From contig CAWCYD010000003.1 in the NCBI GenBank assembly GCA_963799775.1, forward strand, positions 1,152,001 to 1,216,000: a stretch of DNA of 64,000 nucleotides, read 5' to 3'. The translations under genes were made by a program, and so were the position numbers. How positions within the stretch are numbered: the first letter of the stretch is position 1; every line of letters starts with the position of its first letter. The notes beneath the pieces were generated by a model, which was not told where the DNA came from, ran no database searches, and was given only the letters and a program-made list of their open reading frames with translations. Shown here piece after piece: positions 19,680-29,646 of this stretch. This DNA is from an uncultured archaeon (lineage in GTDB: Archaea; Thermoproteota; Nitrososphaeria; Nitrososphaerales; Gagatemarchaeaceae).

Positions 19680-21656
19680 CTATAGGGCGTTTGCGCCAGT
19701 CCCGCCTATCCTGCTCCTTCTAACCAAGTATAGGACTGGAACGAGAACGGCTAGCATGACAAACATGAGAGACCACGACGGAAATTCGGGCGTGGGGGTA
19801 CCGATTGTCCCGACCGCGATGTTGGTACCTTGGAGGTCGGCGACAGGGATGTTGCCGCAGACGGTTGTGCCGCTCGTGGACGTTCCAGTGGCGTTCGCCC
19901 AGTCGACAGAGTTCCAGTATTCAATGATGCTCGAGCTGGTGGCGGCCTGGTTGGTAATGCAAGTGTTCGCCGTCCCGTCTGTGACCCCTTCAACCTGCAC
20001 ATCGTAGTAAAGAGCCGTCCTCATGTTATTGGGGGGTTGAGCTTGAGTCGGTCCGCTTAGGTCATTTGTGACGACCAGGACAGGCGTCCCGGATGGGGCG
20101 GATATTCCGCTCACAGCCAAATTTATGCCTGTCGTTCCCTGATTGACTGAGAATACGCCGGGGCCGACCGTCAAGAAACTGCTTTGCGTCGCCGTGACCG
20201 CCGAAGATGGGTTCTTCGTGTAGGTGAAGGTGATGAGGCTAGTCGTGGCCGTGTTCACCGTGAAGGTCAAGGTCGTTGTCTCCGCGCTGAATTGGTAGGT
20301 GTAGGTTGTCACGCTACCATTCACAAAAGTATACGTCAGGGTGACCGTTGGAGTCTGGACCACCGTAATAATCGCCGTAGAGGTGAACATGCTCGTGGAG
20401 GTGCTCGTCTGCGTATTGCTCGTGCTGGTGGTGGTTTGCGTAGTGGTCGTTGGCGGTTCCGTGGTTGTCGTCTCCGCCGATGGCTCGACCTCGGCGTCGT
20501 AGACCACACTTTCGTCGGAGCCTCCTATGCCGATTATCCATTCACCGTCTTCTCCGAGGTATATCACAAAGCCCATGAAATAGAGGGGGGCTGGGTCATC
20601 GCCGTAGTTTGTGGTCTGCCTCCAGGAACCGACGCCGCTTGTCGAGAGCGACGAGAAATAGACGCTCGCTATCGTCGAAGAGGAAGTCGACCCGTCGGCG
20701 CAGATGATCGTCTGGGAGTAGTCTGCGCACTCTACTCCGTAGATCGGAATCCCGCCACTGCCGCTAGTCCCCGAAGTCGCGCCGTAGTCTATCGACTCTT
20801 TCCAGGCGCCGATGCCTGAGGAGGATAACGGAGCGTAGAAGACGTCGCTGATGTTCGCGAAGCTGCCGCCTTGGCCTCCCACGCAGTAGATGCTGGCGAG
20901 GGCAGAGTCGGCGACGCAGGACGCAGCGGATTCGGGGACCCCGCCGCTTCCCGAGGTGCCGGAACCGGCGCCATAGTCGGTGGTCTCCGTCCAGGGACCT
21001 ACGCCCGAGGGAAGGAGTTGCGAGTAGTATGTCTTGCTCTTGCCTAGTCCGCCGACGCAGTAGATGTAGCCGCTATTCTGAACGCATGAGGTCTGGAAGG
21101 CGTAGACCTTGCTGGCCCCGGTCGAACCGGACGACGCGCCATAGTCGGTCGTCTCGGTCCAAGGGCCGACTCCGGAAGACGATAGTGGAGCGAAGTAGAC
21201 GGAGCTAAGGGGGCCGGGGTTGGAGCCCGCCTTCATCCCATTTCCTCCGACGCAGTAGATGTTGTGGTTATAGGCTACGCAAGAGTTCCACTCGATGGCG
21301 ACTCCCCCGTTTCCGGAGGTACCTGCGGTCGCCCCGTAGTCGGTCGTCTCAGTCCATGCACCGATTACGCCAGATGCGGAGATCGCCGCGAAGAAGACCT
21401 GGCTTGAAATCCCGATGGAGCCGCCTGGCCCTGCCTTGGTGCCCGTGTAGCCACCTACGCAGTAGATGTAGTTTGAGTCAGTGACGCAAGGTTCGGACTG
21501 GACTGTTACCCCGCCGGTCCCTTTCGAGCCCGATGAAGCCCCGTAGTCCGTCTGTTCTGACCAGGTCCCCAAGCCGGTCACCGGGGATTGACCGTGGGCG
21601 GCGTTGCCGGTGGACGCGGCGATGATCGATATAGCGAAGAGAGCCAAGAGAAACAT
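19680..21656 (-). CDS. Secreted Cys-rich kelch-like repeat surface protein with Thr-rich stalk and PEF-type sorting signal
   Basis: Signal peptide; about 5 repeats CV...YIYCVGG...APLSSSG.G.W.ETTDYG; TPEFP-TM-RRSR. Confidence 0.88.
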   Translation of the reverse strand: MFLLALFAISIIAASTGNAAHGQSPVTGLGTWSEQTDYGASSGSKGTGGVTVQSEPCVTDSNYIYCVGGYTGTKAGPGGSIGISSQVFFAAISASGVIGAWTETTDYGATAGTSGNGGVAIEWNSCVAYNHNIYCVGGNGMKAGSNPGPLSSVYFAPLSSSGVGPWTETTDYGASSGSTGASKVYAFQTSCVQNSGYIYCVGGLGKSKTYYSQLLPSGVGPWTETTDYGAGSGTSGSGGVPESAASCVADSALASIYCVGGQGGSFANISDVFYAPLSSSGIGAWKESIDYGATSGTSGSGGIPIYGVECADYSQTIICADGSTSSSTIASVYFSSLSTSGVGSWRQTTNYGDDPAPLYFMGFVIYLGEDGEWIIGIGGSDESVVYDAEVEPSAETTTTEPPTTTTQTTTSTSNTQTSTSTSMFTSTAIITVVQTPTVTLTYTFVNGSVTTYTYQFSAETTTLTFTVNTATTSLITFTYTKNPSSAVTATQSSFLTVGPGVFSVNQGTTGINLAVSGISAPSGTPVLVVTNDLSGPTQAQPPNNMRTALYYDVQVEGVTDGTANTCITNQAATSSSIIEYWNSVDWANATGTSTSGTTVCGNIPVADLQGTNIAVGTIGTPTPEFPSWSLMFVMLAVLVPVLYLVRRSRIGGTGANAL

Positions 21657-21888
21657 TGGAACGAAACGAGTAGCCGTGCCCGTCTTGTTCCTCCGGACTG
21701 GCCCCGAAACCCCTTTCGCAGCTCCCTAAGAAAGGCTGACTCGATTCAACCTATATTACCGTTTCCGGGCCGAAAGACGTTTGGCGAGCCAAGGGCAAGA
21801 AGATCACATCGCTCGAGTTTCTTGTTCGATGCCGGAGTCATACCTGACGATACTCCTTTCGTGAGGGAGCTGGACGACCGGCCAGTGA

Positions 21889-22197
21889 TCATCGATTTCT
21901 CTTGGTCGAGGACATTCTTTCGGACTCGAGCAGCTTCTTCAGCCCCTGGACGTTCGTCCTGAAATAGACAAGGTCGGAATGGAATAGCACCACACCCTTC
22001 GTCAGGCGTGAGAACTCGCTCGAGAATTCTCGGGACTGCAAGAGTCGTTCAAGCGCGTCGAGATGACTCAACAAGGGATCGATTCTCAGAGTGGTCCAAT
22101 CGGTCTTTTTCTGGGCCAGCTTCGAGAAGTCTTCTTTCAATCGCTGAAGAGAGTCCCTCAGCTTAGGTAGGTCCGCCTTGTATGCTCTGTCCACCAT
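21889..22197 (-). CDS. Hypothetical helical protein
   Basis: 102-aa ATG ORF, amphipathic composition, TTAAGTAA upstream. Confidence 0.6.
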   Translation of the reverse strand: MVDRAYKADLPKLRDSLQRLKEDFSKLAQKKTDWTTLRIDPLLSHLDALERLLQSREFSSEFSRLTKGVVLFHSDLVYFRTNVQGLKKLLESERMSSTKRNR

Positions 22198-22309
22198 TTT
22201 TGGTCGTTTCTCATTGTCGAATCAGCGACGATTTGTTACTTAACGATATTGCGGGGAGTCCTCAGATTTCACGACGATGGTGTCGGGCAGAGGCCGAGAG
22301 CCGGGAGGC

Positions 22310-22726
22310 TCAGTTTATCGTCCTGAGGATTATTGTCGTCTCGGTCTTGAGGATCCCGTCTATCCTCCGGATCTCTTCGACAGACCTGTTGATCTCGGTG
22401 ATGCTCGAGCCTTTGATTATCGCCGCGATGTCGAACGGGCCCGTCGTCTCGTAGATTGTCTCCACCCCCTTTACTGACTTTAGCTTCTTGCTGACGTCCG
22501 CGGTCGGGGCTGTCGGGCTCACGGAGACGTAGGTGATGGCGCTGGTCGCCGTCCGAGGCTCCTCAACCTCAATGGTGAACTTCTTGATGATCCCCTCCTT
22601 CACGAGGTTGGAGACGCGGCGCCTCACCGCCGCCTCTGAGAGGCCGACCTTGGTCGCGATGTCGACGAACGCATGCCTCGAGTCCGTGCGGAGAATCCGG
22701 AGTATCTGCTCGTCGATCTCATCCAC
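22310..22726 (-). CDS. lysM: Lrp/AsnC regulator LysM
   Basis: DEIDEQIL...GLSEAAVRRRV HTH and RAM domain (YETTGPFD); directly after lysJ. Confidence 0.85.
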   Translation of the reverse strand: MDEIDEQILRILRTDSRHAFVDIATKVGLSEAAVRRRVSNLVKEGIIKKFTIEVEEPRTATSAITYVSVSPTAPTADVSKKLKSVKGVETIYETTGPFDIAAIIKGSSITEINRSVEEIRRIDGILKTETTIILRTIN

Positions 22727-23957
22727 TGCTGCCGCCACCGCCGCTAGCCCGTCTCTTCTCCTCGGCAGCGATCGCCTCGCCAAGGATCCGCACCGATCTC
22801 TCGATCTGGCGTTCGGTGATGACGAGAGGCGGGAGCATCCGGAATATCGTTCTCCCCGAGTAGGTGAAGATCACGCCCATGGACATCGCCTCGTTGAGGA
22901 GCTCCTGGATGTCGACCCTCAGCTCAAAGGCGAGCATCAACCCGAGGCCGCGGGCCTCACGAGTTAGCGCGTACTCTTTGCCCATGGAGTTCAGTTTTTC
23001 GAGGAAGAACTTCCCCTTGGCCTTTGCCTGAGCAGGGAGGTCGTTGTCCAAGATGTAACGCAGCGTGGCGGTCCCGGCCGCGCACGCGAGTGGATTGCCG
23101 CCGAAGGTGCTCGTCGCCTCTCCTTTCTTGAGCGAGTCGAGTATCTCGGCCCTCGTGACGGTGGCCCCCAGTGGGACGCCGCCGGCCAGCCCTTTCGCGA
23201 CCGTCATGATGTCCGGGACGACGCCCCAGTTTTCCATGGCCCAGAGCTTCCCTGTCCTGCCGAGGCCCGTCTGGATCTCGTCAGCGATCATGAGGATCCC
23301 CTTCTTGTCGCATATCTCCCTCACTCCTTGAAGGAACCCCTTCTGCGGCAGCACTATCCCGCCCTCTCCCTGGATGGGTTCGACTATGACCGCCCCGATG
23401 TCCTCGTCGACCTCGCGCTCGAGCGCCTCGAGGTTCCCGTTCTCGACGTGCTTGACGCCTTGCAGCAGAGGCTCGAAGGGCTCTCGGTATCTCTTGCTCC
23501 AGGTCGCTGAAAGGGCGCCTGCCGTCTTTCCGTGATAGGCCCCTTTCATTGCGATCAGCCCCTTCTTCCCTGTCACCTTGCGGCCCAGCTTTATCGCGAC
23601 CTCGACCGCTTCGGCGCCGCTGTTGGAGAGGAAGGCCGCGTCGAGACCCTTTGGGGAGCATGAGGTCAGGGTGTCGAGGAACTCTGCGCGCGCGTCGTTG
23701 TAGAGCGAGCCGTGGCAGGTGATCAGCGTCTCCGACTGGCGCTTTATCGCGGCGACGACGGCGGGGTTCGAATGGCCCACTATCGCGACGCCATAACCTC
23801 CCATGCAGTCGATGTATTCGTTCCCCTTGTCGTCCCAGACCAGGGAGCCCCTCCCCCTGACTATCGCCACGGGGAACTTCTGGTAGGTGTGCGGCCCGTG
23901 GGCGTCTTCCGTCGCGATTATGTCAATCGCCTTCTTCTTCATAGCTTTCTTCGGCAT
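22719..23957 (-). CDS. lysJ: [LysW]-aminoadipate/glutamate semialdehyde transaminase (LysJ/ArgD)
   Basis: NSGAEA, EPIQGEGG, DEIQTGLGRTG, AKGLAGG, TFGGNP. Confidence 0.92.
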   Translation of the reverse strand: MPKKAMKKKAIDIIATEDAHGPHTYQKFPVAIVRGRGSLVWDDKGNEYIDCMGGYGVAIVGHSNPAVVAAIKRQSETLITCHGSLYNDARAEFLDTLTSCSPKGLDAAFLSNSGAEAVEVAIKLGRKVTGKKGLIAMKGAYHGKTAGALSATWSKRYREPFEPLLQGVKHVENGNLEALEREVDEDIGAVIVEPIQGEGGIVLPQKGFLQGVREICDKKGILMIADEIQTGLGRTGKLWAMENWGVVPDIMTVAKGLAGGVPLGATVTRAEILDSLKKGEATSTFGGNPLACAAGTATLRYILDNDLPAQAKAKGKFFLEKLNSMGKEYALTREARGLGLMLAFELRVDIQELLNEAMSMGVIFTYSGRTIFRMLPPLVITERQIERSVRILGEAIAAEEKRRASGGGGSSG

Positions 23958-23970
23958 GTTCTAAGTCGAC

Positions 23971-24782
23971 CTAGGCCCTCGACATGACAGTGCAGCCCCT
24001 GTGCATAATGGCGTTAGTCAGTGGCTCCGGGCCGAACCCTGACGCGATTATCGCCTCCCCTACGCCTGCCTCTATCGCCTCCACTCCTGCGAGTATCTTC
24101 TTCTGCATCCCGAAACCCGTCTTCGGGAGCAGCGCCCTCGCCTCTTCGGGCGTGAGCTTCTCGACCACCTTTCCGTCCACCAGGAACCCCTTCACGTCGG
24201 TGAGGAAAAGGACAACGTCTGCGCGCAGCCCCATCGCCATGAACGCGGCTGCTCTGTCAGAGTCTACGTTGAGCGGCTCGGCTTCCTCGCCCATTGCGAC
24301 AGGAGAGATGACCGGCACCACCCCCCTCTCAAGTAGGGCCTCTATGACAGGCACACTCCGGCCGACTGCATCTTGCCTGTATAGCCTCCCTCGATGGCCA
24401 CCTTCCGGCCCCGCTCGTCGACTATGAGCAGCCTCTTCTTCCGGGTGGCCCGGAGTATCCCGCCGTCGAGCCCTGAGAGCGAGACGGCCGTTATCCCTCC
24501 CCGCTCCAGGAGTTCCACTAGCTTCTTCGCGATCAGGCCGCACATGACCATCGTGAAGATCTCCACAGTGGGTCTGTCCGTGTACCTGCTCTTCATCCCA
24601 TCGGGGGAGACGACGAAGCGCTGCTCCTTCCCCAGCTTCGTCGCAATCTCTGTGACCACGTCTCCCCCGCCGTGGACGAGGACCACCTGGTTGGTCTGGA
24701 CCAGCTTCTTGAGGTCTGCCATGAAGTCTGGTGGTATCTCTCCCTTTACGATGTCGCCACCCAGCTTCACCACTGTTCTCAT
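23971..24782 (-). CDS. lysZ: [LysW]-aminoadipate/glutamate kinase (LysZ/ArgB); frameshift near 24355
   Basis: VVKLGG, VHGGG, SRYTD, GGYTGK, LNVDSDRAA. Confidence 0.92.
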
Positions 24783-24788
24783 GCTAGG

Positions 24789-25850
24789 TTACACCGGGTG
24801 GAGCGGAGCGGCTGCGATGCCTTGGGTCTCGTCGAAGCCTAGCATCAAGTTCATCACCTGGACGGCGTTGCCTGCGGCCCCTTTCAGCAGGTTGTCGATC
24901 GCGCCGAGGGCCACGATCCTGTGGCCTCGCTCGTCTATCTCGAAGCCTACGTCGCAAAAGTTGGACCCGATGACGACCTTCGGGTCAGGGAGCCTGAACG
25001 GCCCCTGCTTGTCCTTTATCATGCGGATGAAAGGCTGGCCGGTGTAGAGGCCCCGGTACATCTTCCAGACGTCGGAGTTCTTCACCTCGCCCTCGTAGAA
25101 GACGTGGCACGTCGAGAGTATGCCCCTCACCATGTTTATCGCGTGAGCCGACATCGAGACGGTGACCTTCGAGCCGGAGAGCTGGCCCATGACCTGCTCT
25201 ATCTCGCCGCTGTGTCTGTGGCCAACCGGCTTGTAGGGCCTCACGACCCCGTATCTCTCGGAGAAGTGCGTCGCCAAGGACGGCTTTCCGCCCGAACCTG
25301 AGGACGCGATCTTTGCGTCCACGACAACGTGGTCCTTGTCGATCTTCACGTCCTTCTGCTTGAAGAGAGGGGCGAGCGCCAAGATCGAGGTGATCGCCAT
25401 GCAGCCCGGCGAGGCCGCGAGGCTCGCTCCTCGGATCTCCTCCTTGTTCAGCTCTGGGACGGCGTAGACGAACTTCTCGAGCATCTCCGGTGCAGGATGC
25501 TTGATCCCGTACCAGGTCTCGTAGTCGGCGGGGTTCTTGAGACGAAAGTCGGCGCTGAGGTCGACGACCTTCACCCCCGTCTTGATGAGCTGGGGAAGGA
25601 ACTTCATCGACTCGCCGTGTGGGAGGGCTGTGAATATCACGTCAGCTCCCGGGGAGACCTTCGAGAGGTCGTTCCCGACGAACTGCATCTCCGTCACCCC
25701 TCTCAGGTTGGGGTGCACGCGGAAGAGGTACTCGCCCTGGTGTCTTCTGGAGCTCGCGAAGGCGAGCTCTACCTTCCCGTGGCCCAGCAGGAGGCGGAGG
25801 AGCTCCCCTCCAGCGTAACCTGAGGCTCCCAAGACGCCGACGCGGACCAT
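24789..25850 (-). CDS. lysY: [LysW]-phosphate reductase (LysY/ArgC)
   Basis: GASGYAGGEL, DLSADFR, SPGC, DNLLKGAAG. Confidence 0.93.
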   Translation of the reverse strand: MVRVGVLGASGYAGGELLRLLLGHGKVELAFASSRRHQGEYLFRVHPNLRGVTEMQFVGNDLSKVSPGADVIFTALPHGESMKFLPQLIKTGVKVVDLSADFRLKNPADYETWYGIKHPAPEMLEKFVYAVPELNKEEIRGASLAASPGCMAITSILALAPLFKQKDVKIDKDHVVVDAKIASSGSGGKPSLATHFSERYGVVRPYKPVGHRHSGEIEQVMGQLSGSKVTVSMSAHAINMVRGILSTCHVFYEGEVKNSDVWKMYRGLYTGQPFIRMIKDKQGPFRLPDPKVVIGSNFCDVGFEIDERGHRIVALGAIDNLLKGAAGNAVQVMNLMLGFDETQGIAAAPLHPV

Positions 25851-25853
25851 GCT

Positions 25854-26711
25854 CTATCGCTTCGCCTCCCTCATCACGTACTCTACCATCTTCTTCGCTA
25901 TCCTGTGCTCCGTAGCGGCCTGCGCGCCCTTGAACTCGACCGTGTTGTTGACTTCGTGGATCGTGTAGCCGGTCTCCTTGGATTCCATCGCGTCGACGCC
26001 GAGTATGCCCCCTCCTACCGCCTTAGCCGCGCGGAGCGTGATCTCCTCTATCTCCTTGTTCAGCTTGAAGCCTGTCGTGGTCCCCCCTCTCGCGACGTTC
26101 GTCCTCCATTCTCCCACAGGCGCGTTCCTGTAGACCGACGCGATGACCTCGTCTCCGGCCACTATGAGGCGGATGTCGCGAGGCGGCCTCTTCACGAACT
26201 CCTGGAGGTAATACATGTGCTCGACCGGGCTCTGCATCGACTCCCTGTACTCGACGATCGTCCCCAGGGTCTGCGGCTCCTTTGCGATGTCGACCATCCT
26301 TCCCCAGCTTCCCGTGAAGGGCTTGATCACCACTGGATAACCCAGCTTCTCCGCGGTCTCGAAGACCGATTCAGAGGAGAGGGCGACGAAAGTCTTCGGT
26401 GTCGGGGCACCAGCCTTCGCTAGGAGCATCGATGTGACGAGCTTGTTGCCGCACGCCTCCGAGACCTTGGTCGTGTTTACTACCGTGATCCCGAAGTTCT
26501 CGAGGATCCTCGTCAAGAAGGCGGAGCGGTAGTAGCTGATGCAGCGCTGCAGCACGACGTCCCCGAACCCGTTGGCCAGCCTCTTCGCAGTGACGTTGAA
26601 GGCGAGCTTCCTCACGTCGATGAGCTCTGTCTTGCATCCTGCCTTCTCGGCCTCCTTCTTCAGCTCCTTCTCCTCGAGCCGAAGTCTGTCGAATGTAATC
26701 GAGAGCTTCAA
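25854..26711 (-). CDS. argX: ATP-grasp LysW ligase paralog (probably ArgX, glutamate type)
   Basis: QRCISYYR, GSWGR, WRTNVARG, HEVNNTVEFKG; next to argH. Confidence 0.85.
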   Translation of the reverse strand: MKLSITFDRLRLEEKELKKEAEKAGCKTELIDVRKLAFNVTAKRLANGFGDVVLQRCISYYRSAFLTRILENFGITVVNTTKVSEACGNKLVTSMLLAKAGAPTPKTFVALSSESVFETAEKLGYPVVIKPFTGSWGRMVDIAKEPQTLGTIVEYRESMQSPVEHMYYLQEFVKRPPRDIRLIVAGDEVIASVYRNAPVGEWRTNVARGGTTTGFKLNKEIEEITLRAAKAVGGGILGVDAMESKETGYTIHEVNNTVEFKGAQAATEHRIAKKMVEYVMREAKR

Positions 26712-26718
26712 GGCCCTG

Positions 26719-26892
26719 TCACTCTCCCCAGTCTTCCTCGGCGACCTCTGCCGGCTTGAGCTTGACCTCTCCCTTGGAGATCGACTCGACTTCGTAATCG
26801 GAACCGCACTCCTTGCACTTTACAATCTCCCCGACTATGGCGTCATCTGGGACGTTGATGTCGGCGTCGCATTCTTCGCACTTTGTCTTCAT
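26719..26892 (-). CDS. lysW: Amino-group carrier protein LysW/ArgW (copy 2), 57 aa
   Basis: MKTKCEEC...CKECG...EEDWGE; absent from ORF track. Confidence 0.93.
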   Translation of the reverse strand: MKTKCEECDADINVPDDAIVGEIVKCKECGSDYEVESISKGEVKLKPAEVAEEDWGE

Positions 26893-26895
26893 TTG

Positions 26896-28386
26896 CTAGC
26901 TTCTCACCTCTCGTTTCAGGTACGAGCGGAATTCGCCACGAAGGACCCTGGCAGATTCATCTAGCCTGTCCTCTTTCTCTCTGAGCCAGACGCTTAGGTT
27001 TTCCAATTCTTTCTTGTTCTGCACGACTTGCCGTGGGTTGAACTTTGGGTTCGCTCCGCCTGCGCTTCCGATAAGCATCAGGGTTTTGAGTGCATCGAGC
27101 ACCGCCCGGAGACGCGCTTTATCAATCTTTATCGCTCGGCTCGTCACCTTGGCTGAAACCTCGGCCAACGACGCCGTCGCAGCCTCTTCGAGGCTCGAGT
27201 GGTTCTCTATCGCCATTCGGACCAGCTCGCCGACAATCTGATGGGCCTGGCGGAACGAGACGCCATGGGCGCGGACCAGCTCGTTCGCGAGCTCCGTCGC
27301 GGTCGACATGTCCTCCTCGACAGCTTGCTTGAGCCGCGAGGCGTTGAACTTCACGGACGAGAGCATGTCCGCCATCAACGACAGGGATGACTCGCAATCG
27401 TCGAGCGCCTTCCAAAGATGCGGTGTGATCTCCTGGAGGTCGAGGTTGTAGGCATTGGGAAGCGCTTTCGCTATGGCGAAAGCGGCGGTGGCCTCGCCCA
27501 TCACGGAGCCGCACTTGGCCCTGATCGTCTCCGCCACGACCGGGTTCTTCTTTTGCGGCATTATGCTGCTCGTGGCGCTGAACTCGTCCCCAAGCTCGAG
27601 GAAGGCGAACTCACTTGACGACCAGAGGATGAGTTCCTCGGCGATCTTGCTAAGATCCACCATCGTGATCTCCAAGACCGCCAGCGTCTCGAGCGCAAAG
27701 GCACGAGACGATACGGCGAGCATCGAGTTTGAGACCAGTCCGTCGAAACCGAGCAGTGAAGCAATCCGCTCCCTGTCGATATTGAAGGACGTGCCCGCGA
27801 ACGCCGCCGACCCCATCGGAGACCGGTTGACCCTGTCGTAGAGCTGGGAGAACCGCTCAGTGTCCTCCGCTATCGCCTCGAAGTGAGACTGCATGTGGTG
27901 GAACACGGTTGTAGGCTGGGCGCGCTGCAGGTGCGTGTACCCTGGAATCGGTAGCGCGCCGGATCGGCCCATCACGTGAAGTAGGGCTGACTCTAGTCGC
28001 GTCGCCTGACCTTGTATCTTCAGCACCCTCTCCCTCACCTCCATCCTTAGGGCAGTCGCGACCTGGTCGTTGCGGCTCTTCCCCAGGTTGAGGTAACCTG
28101 CTGCCTCGATCCCGATCGAGGCCGTCGCCTTCTGCTCCAGCCAGTGATGGACGTCCTCGGTCGAGGGGTCTATCTTCGGGTTGGCGGGGAGGCCTTCCAG
28201 GAAGCGGAGGCATGCGATACCCTCCTTCTTCGGGACTTGGCCTGACCGTAGCAGCCACGACATGTGCGCCAGGTTTATCGCGACCACGTGCCGGCTCAGC
28301 GGACCGTCGAAAGCGACCGAGGACGTGAAGTCGTTGGCCTTTCTACTTGAGCGCTTGACTCTGCTTCCTCTCAGGATGTTGTCCAT
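26896..28386 (-). CDS. argH: Argininosuccinate lyase
   Basis: GKSRNDQV, PGYTHLQRAQP, SSIMPQKKNP. Confidence 0.96.
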   Translation of the reverse strand: MDNILRGSRVKRSSRKANDFTSSVAFDGPLSRHVVAINLAHMSWLLRSGQVPKKEGIACLRFLEGLPANPKIDPSTEDVHHWLEQKATASIGIEAAGYLNLGKSRNDQVATALRMEVRERVLKIQGQATRLESALLHVMGRSGALPIPGYTHLQRAQPTTVFHHMQSHFEAIAEDTERFSQLYDRVNRSPMGSAAFAGTSFNIDRERIASLLGFDGLVSNSMLAVSSRAFALETLAVLEITMVDLSKIAEELILWSSSEFAFLELGDEFSATSSIMPQKKNPVVAETIRAKCGSVMGEATAAFAIAKALPNAYNLDLQEITPHLWKALDDCESSLSLMADMLSSVKFNASRLKQAVEEDMSTATELANELVRAHGVSFRQAHQIVGELVRMAIENHSSLEEAATASLAEVSAKVTSRAIKIDKARLRAVLDALKTLMLIGSAGGANPKFNPRQVVQNKKELENLSVWLREKEDRLDESARVLRGEFRSYLKREVRS

Positions 28387-29606
28387 GGTAGCTCCATCTT
28401 GTTCTTCTCGCCTTTCAGGCTAGCAATAGCGTTGGCAGCTGTCCGTGACTGGAGGCCCCAGAGTTCGATGAACCCCACCGATGAGTTCTGGTCAAATGTC
28501 GACTCTTTCGAGTAGGTGGAGAGCTTCAGGCGATAAAGGGAGTTCGGCGAGGAGCGCCCGACTACCCTCATCGACCCCCGATGGAACTTCAGTCTGACCA
28601 CTCCGGTCACCCTGCGCTGCGTCGTCTCGATGAAGCTGTCCAGGGCGGTGCGGAGCGGCTCCATCCACAGTCCCGAGTAGACGAGCCAGGACCATTCTTT
28701 CTCGACCGAGGCCTTGAACGCGAGCTCGTTTCTTGTCAGGACCAGCTGCTCGAGATCCCTGTGCGCCTCGATGATCGCAAGGGCGGCAGGGCATTCGTAG
28801 ACCTCGCGCGACTTTATCCCGACTAGCCGGTCCTCGATCATGTCGACTATCCCGAACGAGTGGTTCCCCGCGATCTCGTTGACCTGCTGGATCAACTCGA
28901 TCCCGTCCAGCCTTCGACCGTTCAGGGAGACCGGGATGCCACCGTGGAACCCTATCTCGAGATACGTGGGCGAGCCTGGTGCGGAGTCGACGGGAGAGAC
29001 CCACTCGAACGCATCCTGGGGTGGCTCCGTCGCTGGGTCCTCGAGAGGCCCGCTCTCAATGGACCTCCCCCAGAGGTTCTGGTCGGTGCTGAAGATGGAT
29101 TTCTTGGGCTTGACGTTGATGCCGTGCTTCTTCGCATATTCCATCTCCTTGTCTCTGCTCATGTTCCACTCCCTCACCGGAGCGACGACCTTGATGCCCG
29201 GGTTCAACGAGCGGACCGTCACGTCCATCCTGACCTGGTCGTTGCCCTTTCCCGTGCAGCCGTGCGCGACGGCGGTGGCGCCCTCTCTCTCGGCCACCTC
29301 GACGAGCTTCGTCGCGATGAGGGGCCGTCCCAAGGCGGTCGCCAGCGGATACCTGCCCTCGTACATCCCGTTTGCCTTTATCGAAGGGAAGACGTAGTCG
29401 TCGACGAACTCCTTCCGCGCGTCCATCTGGAAGTGCTTGATGGCTCCCGTCGAGTGGGCCCTCTCTGCTATCTCGCGGAAGTCTTCTCTCTGTCCGAGGT
29501 TGAGCGTAAGCGTGATGACGTCAGCGTCGAACTTCTCCTGCAGCCACTTGATCGATACGGAGGTGTCGAGCCCGCCCGAGTAGGCCAACACTATCTTCTG
29601 CTTCAA
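28371..29606 (-). CDS. argG: Argininosuccinate synthase
   Basis: AYSGGLDTS, HGCTGKGNDQ, GIKSREVYE; TTG start at 29606. Confidence 0.96.
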   Translation of the reverse strand: MKQKIVLAYSGGLDTSVSIKWLQEKFDADVITLTLNLGQREDFREIAERAHSTGAIKHFQMDARKEFVDDYVFPSIKANGMYEGRYPLATALGRPLIATKLVEVAEREGATAVAHGCTGKGNDQVRMDVTVRSLNPGIKVVAPVREWNMSRDKEMEYAKKHGINVKPKKSIFSTDQNLWGRSIESGPLEDPATEPPQDAFEWVSPVDSAPGSPTYLEIGFHGGIPVSLNGRRLDGIELIQQVNEIAGNHSFGIVDMIEDRLVGIKSREVYECPAALAIIEAHRDLEQLVLTRNELAFKASVEKEWSWLVYSGLWMEPLRTALDSFIETTQRRVTGVVRLKFHRGSMRVVGRSSPNSLYRLKLSTYSKESTFDQNSSVGFIELWGLQSRTAANAIASLKGEKNKMELPWTTS

Positions 29607-29646
29607 TGATGTTTTTTCTGGCCGCCCTGAAATCCTTTTATAGATT

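Noticed and set aside
20400-21560. Periodic DNA repeats that could be a CRISPR array
   Set aside because: Degenerate in-frame protein repeats; no identical repeats with unique spacers and no cas genes.
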